A stretch of DNA of 62,025 nt, filler included. It is 5 parts of 5 records of this genome, joined end to end, with 100 filler letters (N's around TTAATTAATTAA, not from the genome) between each part and the next. Parts side by side here need not be neighbours in the genome. Positions count along the whole stretch, not along the records: positions 31,228 to 49,071 come from SRR31156797_2070; positions 49,172 to 55,152 come from SRR31156797_2098; 3 more parts are not named here. The stretch is one strand, 5' to 3'. The translations under genes and the position numbers were made by a program. Position 1 is the first letter of the stretch, and every line of letters starts with the position of its first letter. The notes beneath the pieces were generated by a model that did not search any database, was not told the origin of the DNA, and saw only the letters and a list, made by a program, of their open reading frames with translations. Below are positions 41,706 to 50,409 of this stretch, one piece after another.

Positions 41706-41821
41706 AAAACAAAGATGTAAAAAAACCAATCATTAGGGAATATGAATTCAAAAACATTCATAGTGCTCTTTATGATATTAAAAAGAAACACCCGGTTGTG
41801 ACTAAAGGTAGCAGAGGGTAA
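41702..41821 (+). CDS. 39-aa small ORF, candidate RiPP precursor peptide
   Basis: MKNKDVKKPIIREYEFKNIHSALYDIKKKHPVVTKGSRG*. ATGA overlap with the radical SAM stop; ends 5 nt before the LivH start. Below the ORF-track size cutoff. Confidence 0.7.
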   Translation: MKNKDVKKPIIREYEFKNIHSALYDIKKKHPVVTKGSRG

Positions 41822-41826
41822 TTATT

Positions 41827-42705
41827 ATGTGGGTTCAATTATTCATAAATATTACTCTTTCGTTTTCGATTTACCTTTTAATATCATACTCCTTTTCACT
41901 GATATATAGCACAGAAGGTTTTTTTAATATTTCGCAAGCTGCAGTAATTACTTTAGGAGCCTATTTAACTTTCTTTTTAAAGGTTCAAATTGGTTTATCT
42001 TTAGCAACATCAATTATCATAGCTATAATTTTATCATCGGTAATTGGGCTTTTTATTGAGGTTGGTGTTTATAAATTCTTTCGAAAAAAGAAAAGTCATT
42101 CTTTCGTCTTATTGCTTTCTTCATTAGGGATATACATAATTTTACAGAATCTTATCGCGCTATTTTGGGGCGACAGGAATCTATCAATAAGGGATAACTC
42201 TTCGGAAATTGGCAACAAAATAGCTGGCGGATATATTACAGATATTCAGTTAATAACCATTGTAATTAGTATCATAGTCATTTCCTTAGCCGTTATCTTC
42301 ATGAACAAATCAAAGCTCGGTAAAAAAATAAGAGCAATTTCATCGAATAACCAATTAGCCATTAATTTTGGTATTAACGTGAATAAAGTTATCGCAATAA
42401 CAGTATTAATTAGTTCATCTATTGCATCATTAGTTGGTATTTTAGTTGCACTTGATACTGATATGGTTCCTACAATAGGTTTCGACCTACTCGTATTTGG
42501 TATTGTAGCAATGATAATTGGCGGTATTGGAAGCACTTGGGGTTTAATTATTGGTTCATTTGTTCTCGCCAGTGCTCAACATTTTGGAGCATATTTTATA
42601 GATAGCAATTGGATGGATGCAATTACATACATTATTTTAATCCTGTTTTTGATATGGAAACCATTGGGTTTTAGTGGCAAACAACTAAAAAAAGTTGAAA
42701 TATAA
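41827..42705 (+). CDS. Liv-type ABC transporter permease (LivH-like)
   Basis: SLIY..GFFNISQA, SKLGKKIRAISSN..A..GINV, IIGGIGS..G, KPLGFSG. Confidence 0.9.
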   Translation: MWVQLFINITLSFSIYLLISYSFSLIYSTEGFFNISQAAVITLGAYLTFFLKVQIGLSLATSIIIAIILSSVIGLFIEVGVYKFFRKKKSHSFVLLLSSLGIYIILQNLIALFWGDRNLSIRDNSSEIGNKIAGGYITDIQLITIVISIIVISLAVIFMNKSKLGKKIRAISSNNQLAINFGINVNKVIAITVLISSSIASLVGILVALDTDMVPTIGFDLLVFGIVAMIIGGIGSTWGLIIGSFVLASAQHFGAYFIDSNWMDAITYIILILFLIWKPLGFSGKQLKKVEI

Positions 42706-43586
42706 TGGAATACATCCTCCACATAGTCATAATGATTTTACTCTACGTAATGCTTTCCCAAAGCCTTACAATTACGTCTGGCTATTCCGGCTTGATTTCA
42801 CTGGCTCATGCAGGATTTTATGGAATTGGTGCGTACGCTTCAGCAATTCTATCTGTAAATTTCAGTATGCCATTTCTTTTAACGCTTCCAGTTGCAATGG
42901 TTGTTAGTGGCGTTATCGCTGTATTTGTATCCACTATAGCTTTACGTACGGTAGATGATTATTTCATAATAATCACTTTAGGAGTACAGGTAGTTGCATT
43001 CTCTATTATGAACAACTGGATGGATTTAACTAATGGCCCTCTGGGTATTCCGGGTATTCCGGCAATTACAATTTTGGATTTTGAGTTTTCTAGCAAAATT
43101 TCATTTTTGCTACTTACCTTATTTTTAACAGCTATTGTGTTTTTAATTTTAAGAAACATTACCAAATCACCTTTTGGCAGGATTTTAATTGCATTGAGCG
43201 AGGACGAAATTTTCACCAAAAGTCTTGGAAAAAAAGTCTACCAGGCAAAAATTATCAGTTTTACAATTGGAGGCATGTTTGCTGCAATTCCGGGTGTTCT
43301 TTATGCGCATTACATCAGCTACATTGACCCTACAAGTTTCACCATAGATGAATCCATCTTTATTTTATCAATAGTAATTATAGGAGGCATGAGATATTTA
43401 TGGGGGTCAGCTATTGCAGCAGCAGTACTGGTTATTTTACCGGAAGCATTAAGATTTTTAGGTATGCCAAGTAACATTGCTGCAAACATAAGACAGATAA
43501 TTTATGGATTGGCACTCGTAATAATGATGTTTAAATTCAGCAAAGGCTTTATATCAAAAAACTATGTTGGACAGGAAAACAAATAG
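42705..43586 (+). CDS. Liv-type ABC transporter permease (LivM-like)
   Basis: GYSGLISLAHAGFYGIGAY, DYFIIITLG, TNGPLGI, SPFGR..A..EDE, YIDPTSF, LPEALR. Confidence 0.9.
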   Translation: MEYILHIVIMILLYVMLSQSLTITSGYSGLISLAHAGFYGIGAYASAILSVNFSMPFLLTLPVAMVVSGVIAVFVSTIALRTVDDYFIIITLGVQVVAFSIMNNWMDLTNGPLGIPGIPAITILDFEFSSKISFLLLTLFLTAIVFLILRNITKSPFGRILIALSEDEIFTKSLGKKVYQAKIISFTIGGMFAAIPGVLYAHYISYIDPTSFTIDESIFILSIVIIGGMRYLWGSAIAAAVLVILPEALRFLGMPSNIAANIRQIIYGLALVIMMFKFSKGFISKNYVGQENK

Positions 43587-43782
43587 GCCAGCCCTAATTG
43601 CATACACATTGGCAAAACCCACAAAGCCAACGCTCAAACCAAATTTTGCCAAAGAGTATGCAATTGCCACCCCTTTCTTGCCGACCCTAAAAACTAATTT
43701 TTTCAGCAACAGTAGTGCTTCGATTGAACGATTTTTTAATTGTAATAAGCTGATAATGAAACGATAATGAATAAAGCCCAGC

Positions 43783-43912
43783 ATACAACATCGTGTATAG
43801 TGCATTTGGCGGATAGTGCTAATTTCAAGGGCGTTACAACTAATAAAATTTGTAGCGATTTGACAGGTTTGTACTCCGAAATGCTAAACGTTTCATATAC
43901 TCGCCGTTGTGC
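43783..43912 (+). mobile_element. attC-like integron cassette recombination site 1 (130 bp)
   Basis: ATACAAC ... GTTGTGC ends; imperfect terminal inverted repeat ACAACatCGtGTATA / TATACtCGccGTTGT; inner stem CGTTACAA/TTGTAGCG. Confidence 0.7.
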
Positions 43913-44037
43913 TTAATTTAACAGTGAGACTCAAACTGTGCTTATAGAAAAGATTGGAAAGTGTAAGCGAGAAAAAATAGAAAATACCAGAAAATGGATT
44001 TCAACTAAAATCATAATTTCAAAGAGGGACTTATCAA

Positions 44038-44439
44038 ATGGAATACTTCGGTTCTTGTTTATGTAAAGGAATTAAATTTAAAGTTATAGGTGACTTTGAG
44101 CGTTTTTATTTATGCCATTGCAGATATTGTAGGAAAGACACAGGGTCTGCTCATGCGGCAAATTTGTTTTCCACTACAGCTAAACTTGAATGGATAAAAA
44201 CGGAAACTGAAATTAAAATATTTCAACCACATAAGAGTAATCATGTGAAAGCCTTTTGTACAAATTGTGGTTCAGCTTTGCCCAATTTACAAATGGACGG
44301 TAAACTTTTAGTAGTTCCAGCAGGATGTTTAGATACAAAATTAGAAAAACGACCTAATGCACATATTTTTATCTCAAACAAAGCAAGTTGGGATGATTCG
44401 TTGGAAGAAATAAATAAATTTGGACGCTTCCCAGAATAA
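44038..44439 (+). CDS. GFA/CENP-V family zinc-binding protein (probable gene cassette)
   Basis: GSCLC, CHCRYCRK, FCTNCGS, HIF..KASW; lies between two attC-like sites. Confidence 0.92.
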   Translation: MEYFGSCLCKGIKFKVIGDFERFYLCHCRYCRKDTGSAHAANLFSTTAKLEWIKTETEIKIFQPHKSNHVKAFCTNCGSALPNLQMDGKLLVVPAGCLDTKLEKRPNAHIFISNKASWDDSLEEINKFGRFPE

Positions 44440-44538
44440 AATATAGATAAAGAGATTTGCTCCAGTTTTTTGATATAAATAGATATCGAGAAACAACTTA
44501 ATGGAGATTAATATAAAAGAAAAATTTTAAAAAACTAA

Positions 44539-44668
44539 GCACAGAAATGTTTATAGCAAGCAGGCCTAATAGTAGTAAACTCAAGGGTTATGGCCTGCTT
44601 CAATTTTCTTGTGACTTGACAGGAAACCGCCATGCAGTCGACTACTATTCTTATACTCACCGTTAACC
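44539..44668 (+). mobile_element. attC-like site 2 (130 bp, degenerate left core)
   Basis: GCACAGA ... GTTAACC; shares TCAAGGG, TTGACAGG and TATACTCRCCGTT with site 1; perfect 9-bp stems AATAGTAGT/ACTACTATT and AAGCAGGCC/GGCCTGCTT. Confidence 0.65.
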
Positions 44669-44694
44669 CAAAACAAAAATAAAACCCAAAAAGC

Positions 44695-45558
44695 ATGATT
44701 AAAATTAACCTTACAACCCTTTTTTTAGTAATTGCTATGTGTCTTGCTGGCCAGGGCACAGACTTTAAACCCATTTCGATCAAAGAAGGAGTGGAGCTGG
44801 CTAAATCGCAGGATAAAAACCTTTTTTTGTACTTTGGTACCACGCATTGTCCTTATTCACAAACTATGTTTACTTATTTATTAAACGATGAAACAATTGG
44901 TGATTTTTTTAATAAAAATTATATCAATATTGGGTATGGCGATTCAACCACCCAGGACAGGGTGAAATGGTACTATAGTGATACACGCAAGCAGTTTCAT
45001 AGATTAGAGACTGAATTGGAAGCCGTGTTGTGTAACTATTTTGTTTGGCCTAACTATTTTTTCATCAACAAACAAGGAAAAATTTCTTTCATGAATACTG
45101 GTATGCGTTCACCTGAGCAAATTCTGGAATATGCCAAAATGGTTAATAATGGTGAAAGTAAATTGCCTTTGTGGTTCAGAATTAAATTTAATAACCGGGT
45201 GTATCCTAAAAATAAGAAGACATTTGGAATGCTCACCCATTGCCTCAATGCCTATGTGAAAATGGATGTACCCGAGAATATTGATTATAATAATGATAGT
45301 ACTTTCCATTTGACAGATTTTACATTTGAGGAGCATAATCTTACGAATGCTCAAAAGGATATTGAGGCTTCACTACAATACAACGAGTATTACTTTAATT
45401 GCTTTTTGGCTTCGGTAATCTATTACAAGTCTGAACAATTGGAAAAAGCCCAACGATATGCCCAAAAAGGGTTGAATGATTTTCCGAAACACTGGTTTGA
45501 TTCAAGAAAGCTACCCGATCAATTGATGCGTGAGATATTGGAATATGAAACGGATTAA
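44695..45558 (+). CDS. exported thioredoxin-fold protein (CxxS) with helical C-terminus
   Basis: Signal peptide; ELAKSQDKNLFLYFGTTHCPYS; WPNYFFINKQG. Confidence 0.7.
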   Translation: MIKINLTTLFLVIAMCLAGQGTDFKPISIKEGVELAKSQDKNLFLYFGTTHCPYSQTMFTYLLNDETIGDFFNKNYINIGYGDSTTQDRVKWYYSDTRKQFHRLETELEAVLCNYFVWPNYFFINKQGKISFMNTGMRSPEQILEYAKMVNNGESKLPLWFRIKFNNRVYPKNKKTFGMLTHCLNAYVKMDVPENIDYNNDSTFHLTDFTFEEHNLTNAQKDIEASLQYNEYYFNCFLASVIYYKSEQLEKAQRYAQKGLNDFPKHWFDSRKLPDQLMREILEYETD

Positions 45559-45974
45559 TTATTAGTTTTCTGAACACTGATAATACTTTTACTGGGATGA
45601 TGAATTTTTATGTCTTTAGTTTATTCAGAATGATTTTTAGCTGCGCTTTCAACAATACGTCTTTAGTATATACTCCTCGGTTTTTTTGATTTTGTTTGAA
45701 CAAATAAAATACGGATGAGGCGGATGAAACAGATAATCACGGATATTTGCGCGAATCTGTTTGTCTTTAGACATCATTTTTAACGCTTAAAAAGGATAAT
45801 TTTATTTATTCATAATTTGCCTTTATCAATGTGTTTTATAATACGTTTTATCAGCGTAATCAGTGTTCTATTCTTTTATCACAAAGCTTAAGTTATTTTT
45901 TATAAAGCGAAATCAATCGAAAGATACGTTTGAGCTTTTTAAAGAGAAACTGAATTGAAAACTGAGGTGAAAGA

Positions 45975-46033
45975 GGGTGTTCGAAAAGTATTCGAAGACG
46001 TCATTGACGTTTTCAAACTCATTTCGAACACCC
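45975..46033. terminator. inverted repeat downstream of the SecD-like gene (terminator or REP-like)
   Basis: GGGTGTTCGAAA ... TTTCGAACACCC, perfect 12-bp arms with a 35-nt spacer. Confidence 0.5.
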
Positions 46034-46044
46034 CCTTTATTTTG

Positions 46045-46914
46045 CTATTGCTTTACAGTAAAATGTAAAGGAAGATCATCATTATTAGCTAATGCGCTAA
46101 TGAGTTTAAGATCGTTTTCAGAGAAATTACCTGAAATCATGGCTTTTCCTCCTGTAATTTGAGCCATCACTTGTGGGGAGCTTAATACACGATCATCCAA
46201 TGTAATGGTAATATTTTTCCCAATATTATGTTTGGTGATTTTACTCCACAACTCAGCACCTGCTTTATTAAATTCAATGTTGAGCTGGTAGGCATTACTG
46301 CGCTTTTCATGTACAACTTTGGTTTTTTCAATTGAGTTTTTGTCAATTGCAGCTTCTTTGCTGAGCATGTGTAGTACAAATTGTCCTTCATGATAAGGAA
46401 CATCGCTCCAAAGAAACTTTAATGTCATCCCATGGTCATTGGCAACTTTCTCAATGAGTTTGTTGGCTGCCTCAATGTTCTCCGGTTTGCAAAATCCAAT
46501 GATTGATGAGTATTCGTTTTTATTTTGATCAACTTTCACTAAATCAATTAGTTTGGTTAATTCCGCGTTTGCTTCAAAAGCTTTTATTACATCCGTGCTG
46601 TTGTGTGTTTCATAAAAGTCAATACTTCCTTTTGAAAGCAGTAGAAAGCCTAAATTAGAATTATCTAATTCGGCTTTCATGGTAAATTGAATGCTACCAT
46701 TTTCACTAATTTTTACTGTTTGAAGGCCTTTCATCCCATAATCATCCAATCTGGACTCAATTATGTTGGCAGATTTTTCCAATTGCGTTGCGCTAAAATC
46801 CGTGTCTGTGGTTTGAATGGTGATTACTTTTTGTTTCGTCTTTGTTTGTGGAACAGCAGTAAACAGAATTGAACCTGCAAAAACTGCAATTAATATATAT
46901 ACGATTGATTTCAT
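46045..46914 (-). CDS. stand-alone SecD/SecF periplasmic (P1) domain protein
   Basis: ANIIESRL..G, GSIDFYET, FNKAGAELWSKIT..NIGK.I.I.LD..V.SSP.V...ITGGKAMISGNF..LP; no SecD TM region. Confidence 0.75.
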   Translation of the reverse strand: MKSIVYILIAVFAGSILFTAVPQTKTKQKVITIQTTDTDFSATQLEKSANIIESRLDDYGMKGLQTVKISENGSIQFTMKAELDNSNLGFLLLSKGSIDFYETHNSTDVIKAFEANAELTKLIDLVKVDQNKNEYSSIIGFCKPENIEAANKLIEKVANDHGMTLKFLWSDVPYHEGQFVLHMLSKEAAIDKNSIEKTKVVHEKRSNAYQLNIEFNKAGAELWSKITKHNIGKNITITLDDRVLSSPQVMAQITGGKAMISGNFSENDLKLISALANNDDLPLHFTVKQ

Positions 46915-46987
46915 AATTATAATATTTTAAATTTGAATATTGTGTGTTTTAAGGATGCTCGTTTGAGCAAAAGGGTGCGAGTAAAAT

Positions 46988-47374
46988 CTATGAAATCAAA
47001 GGGTAAGTTTTGCGGTTGGTGCGATTGCTAACTAACTGTGTAAATAATAGGTTATGTTTATAATTGTTGTAAACTTCTAATGCAAGCTTTAACTTAATCT
47101 GAGTTTGACTTCCTACAAATTGACTTACAAGCTTAACATTCTTTTGATTCAGATATGGAAGTGCGTTTCCACAGTAAAAGTTTTGGTTTGATGAATTTTG
47201 AGGGTCAGCTGTTACACCTACAATATTGACATTTTCTGAAAAGCCAATATTGTCGATTTTATTTACGGAAGACGAATTCTTTTTATCCTGCGAAACCGAA
47301 ACAATCAACACAAAGGAAAACAGTAGCGTAATGCTTCCTATCCAGTTTTTCATATGTTCGTTTCGTTTCATCAA
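46988..47374 (-). CDS. hypothetical protein
   Basis: 128-aa ORF with an N-terminal hydrophobic stretch, co-oriented with the SecD-like gene. Confidence 0.5.
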   Translation of the reverse strand: MMKRNEHMKNWIGSITLLFSFVLIVSVSQDKKNSSSVNKIDNIGFSENVNIVGVTADPQNSSNQNFYCGNALPYLNQKNVKLVSQFVGSQTQIKLKLALEVYNNYKHNLLFTQLVSNRTNRKTYPLIS

Positions 47375-47587
47375 TTTAAAGATACGTAAATTATTTAATC
47401 ATTCAATGTATTACAATTACCAGCCCTATTTATATCCGGCTGCCATATTTTCCGAACAATTATTTGCAGGTGTTTTTTGTTAATTGTTTTTAGAGGAGTT
47501 TTTGTTACTTTTTTGAGTACTGTTTGTCGAAAAACCTTATATTTATTGTGATTAAGGATTCCGAAATATTTAAAAGATATTTCAAAA

Positions 47588-48040
47588 ATGACAAGAAAAA
47601 GCTTATTTCAAATATTACCTGATCATAAATTGATTATAGAGTATTACTCAGGAGACATCAAGCTGGACGATATTTTTAATACAAAAATATTGATGGCAAA
47701 CACTGATAACTATGATCCAACTTTCAGTGTTATTCATGATTTTAGAGATACACAGTTAAGCATTCATGAAAGCGATATTAAAAGGGTAGAAGGATTTCTT
47801 TCGGAAAACAGAAGAATTATAGACAAAAGAAAAGGTGCCTGTATAACAAACAATCCTCATGATGTAGCGATAACCATGCTCATGTCATTTGTGTTAGATA
47901 ATTTTCCAATCAAAGTGGAGACTTTTTCTACCATTGGTTCAGCTTTGTGGTGGTTAGATATTACAGCATTAACAGTAGGTGATATTGAAAAAATTATTGA
48001 ACGCCTTAAAAATAAGATGCAACATTCAATAGTAGAGTAG
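47588..48040 (+). CDS. hypothetical protein, STAS/SpoIIAA-like fold possible
   Basis: 150 aa; VIHDFRD..KGACIT..FSTIGSALWWL pattern. Confidence 0.6.
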   Translation: MTRKSLFQILPDHKLIIEYYSGDIKLDDIFNTKILMANTDNYDPTFSVIHDFRDTQLSIHESDIKRVEGFLSENRRIIDKRKGACITNNPHDVAITMLMSFVLDNFPIKVETFSTIGSALWWLDITALTVGDIEKIIERLKNKMQHSIVE

Positions 48041-48110
48041 GTCTTGAATAGTTGTTCAGTTAATCAGTATATTACACTTTAGTTTTAAACAAGTTTATCT
48101 GTTTGTTAAT

Positions 48111-48719
48111 ATGCGATTTGTGTTGATTTCAATATCATTTATGCTTATGATTTCACTGCTGTTTGGTCAAACGTCAGAGGATGAATTTGAAATTCGCATA
48201 ATTCAGGCCGGCTGGCATACAGGTATTGTGATCAAAACTATTGATTTACCGCCAGGTTTACTTAAAGATTTTCCAAAAGCCATAAAGCATAAATATGTAG
48301 ATTTCAGTTGGGGCGACGAGAAATATTATCAAATTCCTGAACCAAATCTTTTTATCGCTGCCAGGTCTGTTTTATGGCCAACGCAATCTGTAATTAATGT
48401 GAGCGCTTTTTCCCGAAATTTTGAAAGCAATTATCGTAAACCAGAGATCTACGCTATTCAAATGGATAGACAAAAGTTCGTTGCTTTATGCCACTTTTTA
48501 ACTGAAAGCTTTGAGCGCGATACTTCAGGCAATGTAATTGAAAGTACTTTTTACCGCAATCCCAGTGGTTTCTATTTATCGAAACGTAAATATTTCGCAT
48601 TTAGAACTTGTAATACATGGGTGGCCATTGCGCTAAAGCGCTCCGGATACAAAATAAACCCTTTTATGCTATCAACTGCTAATCAATTAAAGCGTAGGAT
48701 AAATCGAATGAAACGATGA
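48111..48719 (+). CDS. DUF2459-family exported protein
   Basis: Signal peptide; GWHTGIV, FSWGDEKYY, YFAFRTCNTWV. Confidence 0.75.
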   Translation: MRFVLISISFMLMISLLFGQTSEDEFEIRIIQAGWHTGIVIKTIDLPPGLLKDFPKAIKHKYVDFSWGDEKYYQIPEPNLFIAARSVLWPTQSVINVSAFSRNFESNYRKPEIYAIQMDRQKFVALCHFLTESFERDTSGNVIESTFYRNPSGFYLSKRKYFAFRTCNTWVAIALKRSGYKINPFMLSTANQLKRRINRMKR

Positions 48720-49071
48720 GTTAATTAGAACACGGATTATACTATTTTATTTACACTATGCTTAAACTTCTAAATGATATTTTTTCTATCTGTTTTTTTT
48801 TCAATAAATAACTTTGATAAGCGGATAAAGGCGGATTCTGTTCCAATAGATTTTTTTCAACATTCTAATTTAGATTTTATTTGGAATGTATTTATTCTTT
48901 CTTTTGCCTGGTAATGAAAGCACAGACTGCAAAGTATGCGGCCTTGAATTATTTAGTAATTGGATTAAAAGGTTAATAACATGATTTGTTAAAGCGGAGG
49001 CTAATTATTGTAGTAATGGTTAATTTTAGTTGGCATGAGTGTTTTAAGCGGGCACCTTCTACTTGAAGATT

Positions 49072-49171
49072 NNNNNNNNNNNNNNNNNNNNNNNNNNNNN
49101 NNNNNNNNNNNNNNNTTAATTAATTAANNNNNNNNNNNNNNNNNNNNNNNNNNNNNNNNNNNNNNNNNNNN
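49072..49171. other. artificial contig spacer
   Basis: N-run + TTAATTAATTAA + N-run. Confidence 0.98.
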
Positions 49172-49523
49172 GCGAGGGGAGTCGAACCCCTGTCCGAAAC
49201 CAGTACCCTACTGTTTTCTACGAGTATAGTTATTCTGTAAAATTTCCTACATAGTTACGACAAAATAACAAGCATTAACTATAAGTAGCTTCATAAATCT
49301 TAGGTTGTGGCAAAGCTTACACAACCGCAACTAACATTTTTTAGTCACCCTATCGCCTTATGTTAGTCTAGGACAATATGGGTGGCAGGCTTAATTAAGC
49401 AGCTGCTAACGCAAAATTATTGTTATTGTTTGCATTTAAATTGTTTGTCTATTTTAACGTAGCTAGACATCTACGACCCGCTTACAATAGTCCCCCGACC
49501 CCGTCGAAAGCCATTACGCCCCC
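49172..49523 (-). ncRNA. ssrA: tmRNA, 3' end truncated by the contig edge; tag peptide ANNNNNFALAAA
   Basis: 5' GGGGGCGTAATGGCTTTCGACGGGG; 3' T-arm GGGGTTCGACTCCCCTCGC; tag reading frame 49433-49395; downstream of smpB. Confidence 0.95.
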
Positions 49524-49841
49524 AGGTAATTATTGATTTTATATCACTTTCAAATAATTATCAAGTGATAAATCTTTCTAACACAAGCAAATCTAACTCC
49601 AATAAGTTTCTTCTCAGATACTTAATAAGAAAATCCCTAAGTCAACAAAGTCAACTATTTGTCGAAACTCGATTTCGCAAATCGATGACGAAATGGTTTT
49701 TCGCCTTTATGGTGAAAAAGACACATTGGATTTTCACATCAGAGGATGCTTCTTTCTTTATTTCGTTTCTTTATTTCATCCTTAAAAGAAAGAAATGAAA
49801 AAACCAATACTAATATTATAATGCATGCTTACCAACCTAGC

Positions 49842-50306
49842 TTAATAACGTTGATTCCTACTAAACGCCCTATCCATATCACGCTTCGCATCAGCCTTTT
49901 TCTTGCTGTCACGCTTGTCATACATCTTCTTACCCTCTGCAATAGCAACTTCCAGTTTTACCTTTCCGTTTTTCAAGTACATACGCAAGGGGATTAGCGT
50001 CATGCCATCCTTTTGCTGCGACTGCAAAAGCTTTAATATCTCTCTTTTATGAAGCAGAAGCTTCCTGTCACGCTCTGGTTCCGGATTGTAAACACTGCCC
50101 TTTTCATATGGCGAAATATGTGACCCTACCAAAAAAGCCTCCATATTCCGTATACTAATATATCCATCCTTAAAGTTAGCTCTACCCATCCTGATAGATT
50201 TAACCTCTGAGCCTTTCAACTCAATTCCAGCTTCATACGTCTCTTTAATAAAATATTCATGTCGCGCTTTTCTATTCTGCACAACTGTCTTTTCGCCCTG
50301 TGCCAT
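49842..50306 (-). CDS. smpB: SsrA-binding protein
   Basis: NRKARHEY, EAGIELKGSEVKS, RKLLLHKREI, GKKMYDKR. Start set at MAQGEK (50306). Confidence 0.97.
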   Translation of the reverse strand: MAQGEKTVVQNRKARHEYFIKETYEAGIELKGSEVKSIRMGRANFKDGYISIRNMEAFLVGSHISPYEKGSVYNPEPERDRKLLLHKREILKLLQSQQKDGMTLIPLRMYLKNGKVKLEVAIAEGKKMYDKRDSKKKADAKRDMDRAFSRNQRY

Positions 50307-50409
50307 ATAAGCACTCCTTTCATATTTCATATTTCTGATATTTCCTTGTTAGTCAAGGATAATAATTATATCACAAAAAATTTTAGTGTCAAATACACAG
50401 CAGATAGTA

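Noticed and set aside
43554-43805. ORFs of 67 aa (+) and 83 aa (-) after livM
   Set aside because: They overlap livM, the repeat motif or attC-like site 1 and show no protein motifs; probably non-coding.
44535-44843. 102-aa minus-strand ORF
   Set aside because: It spans attC-like site 2 and is antisense to the thioredoxin-like gene.
49565-49997. Plus-strand ORFs between ssrA and smpB
   Set aside because: Antisense to smpB or within the ssrA promoter region, with no supporting features.
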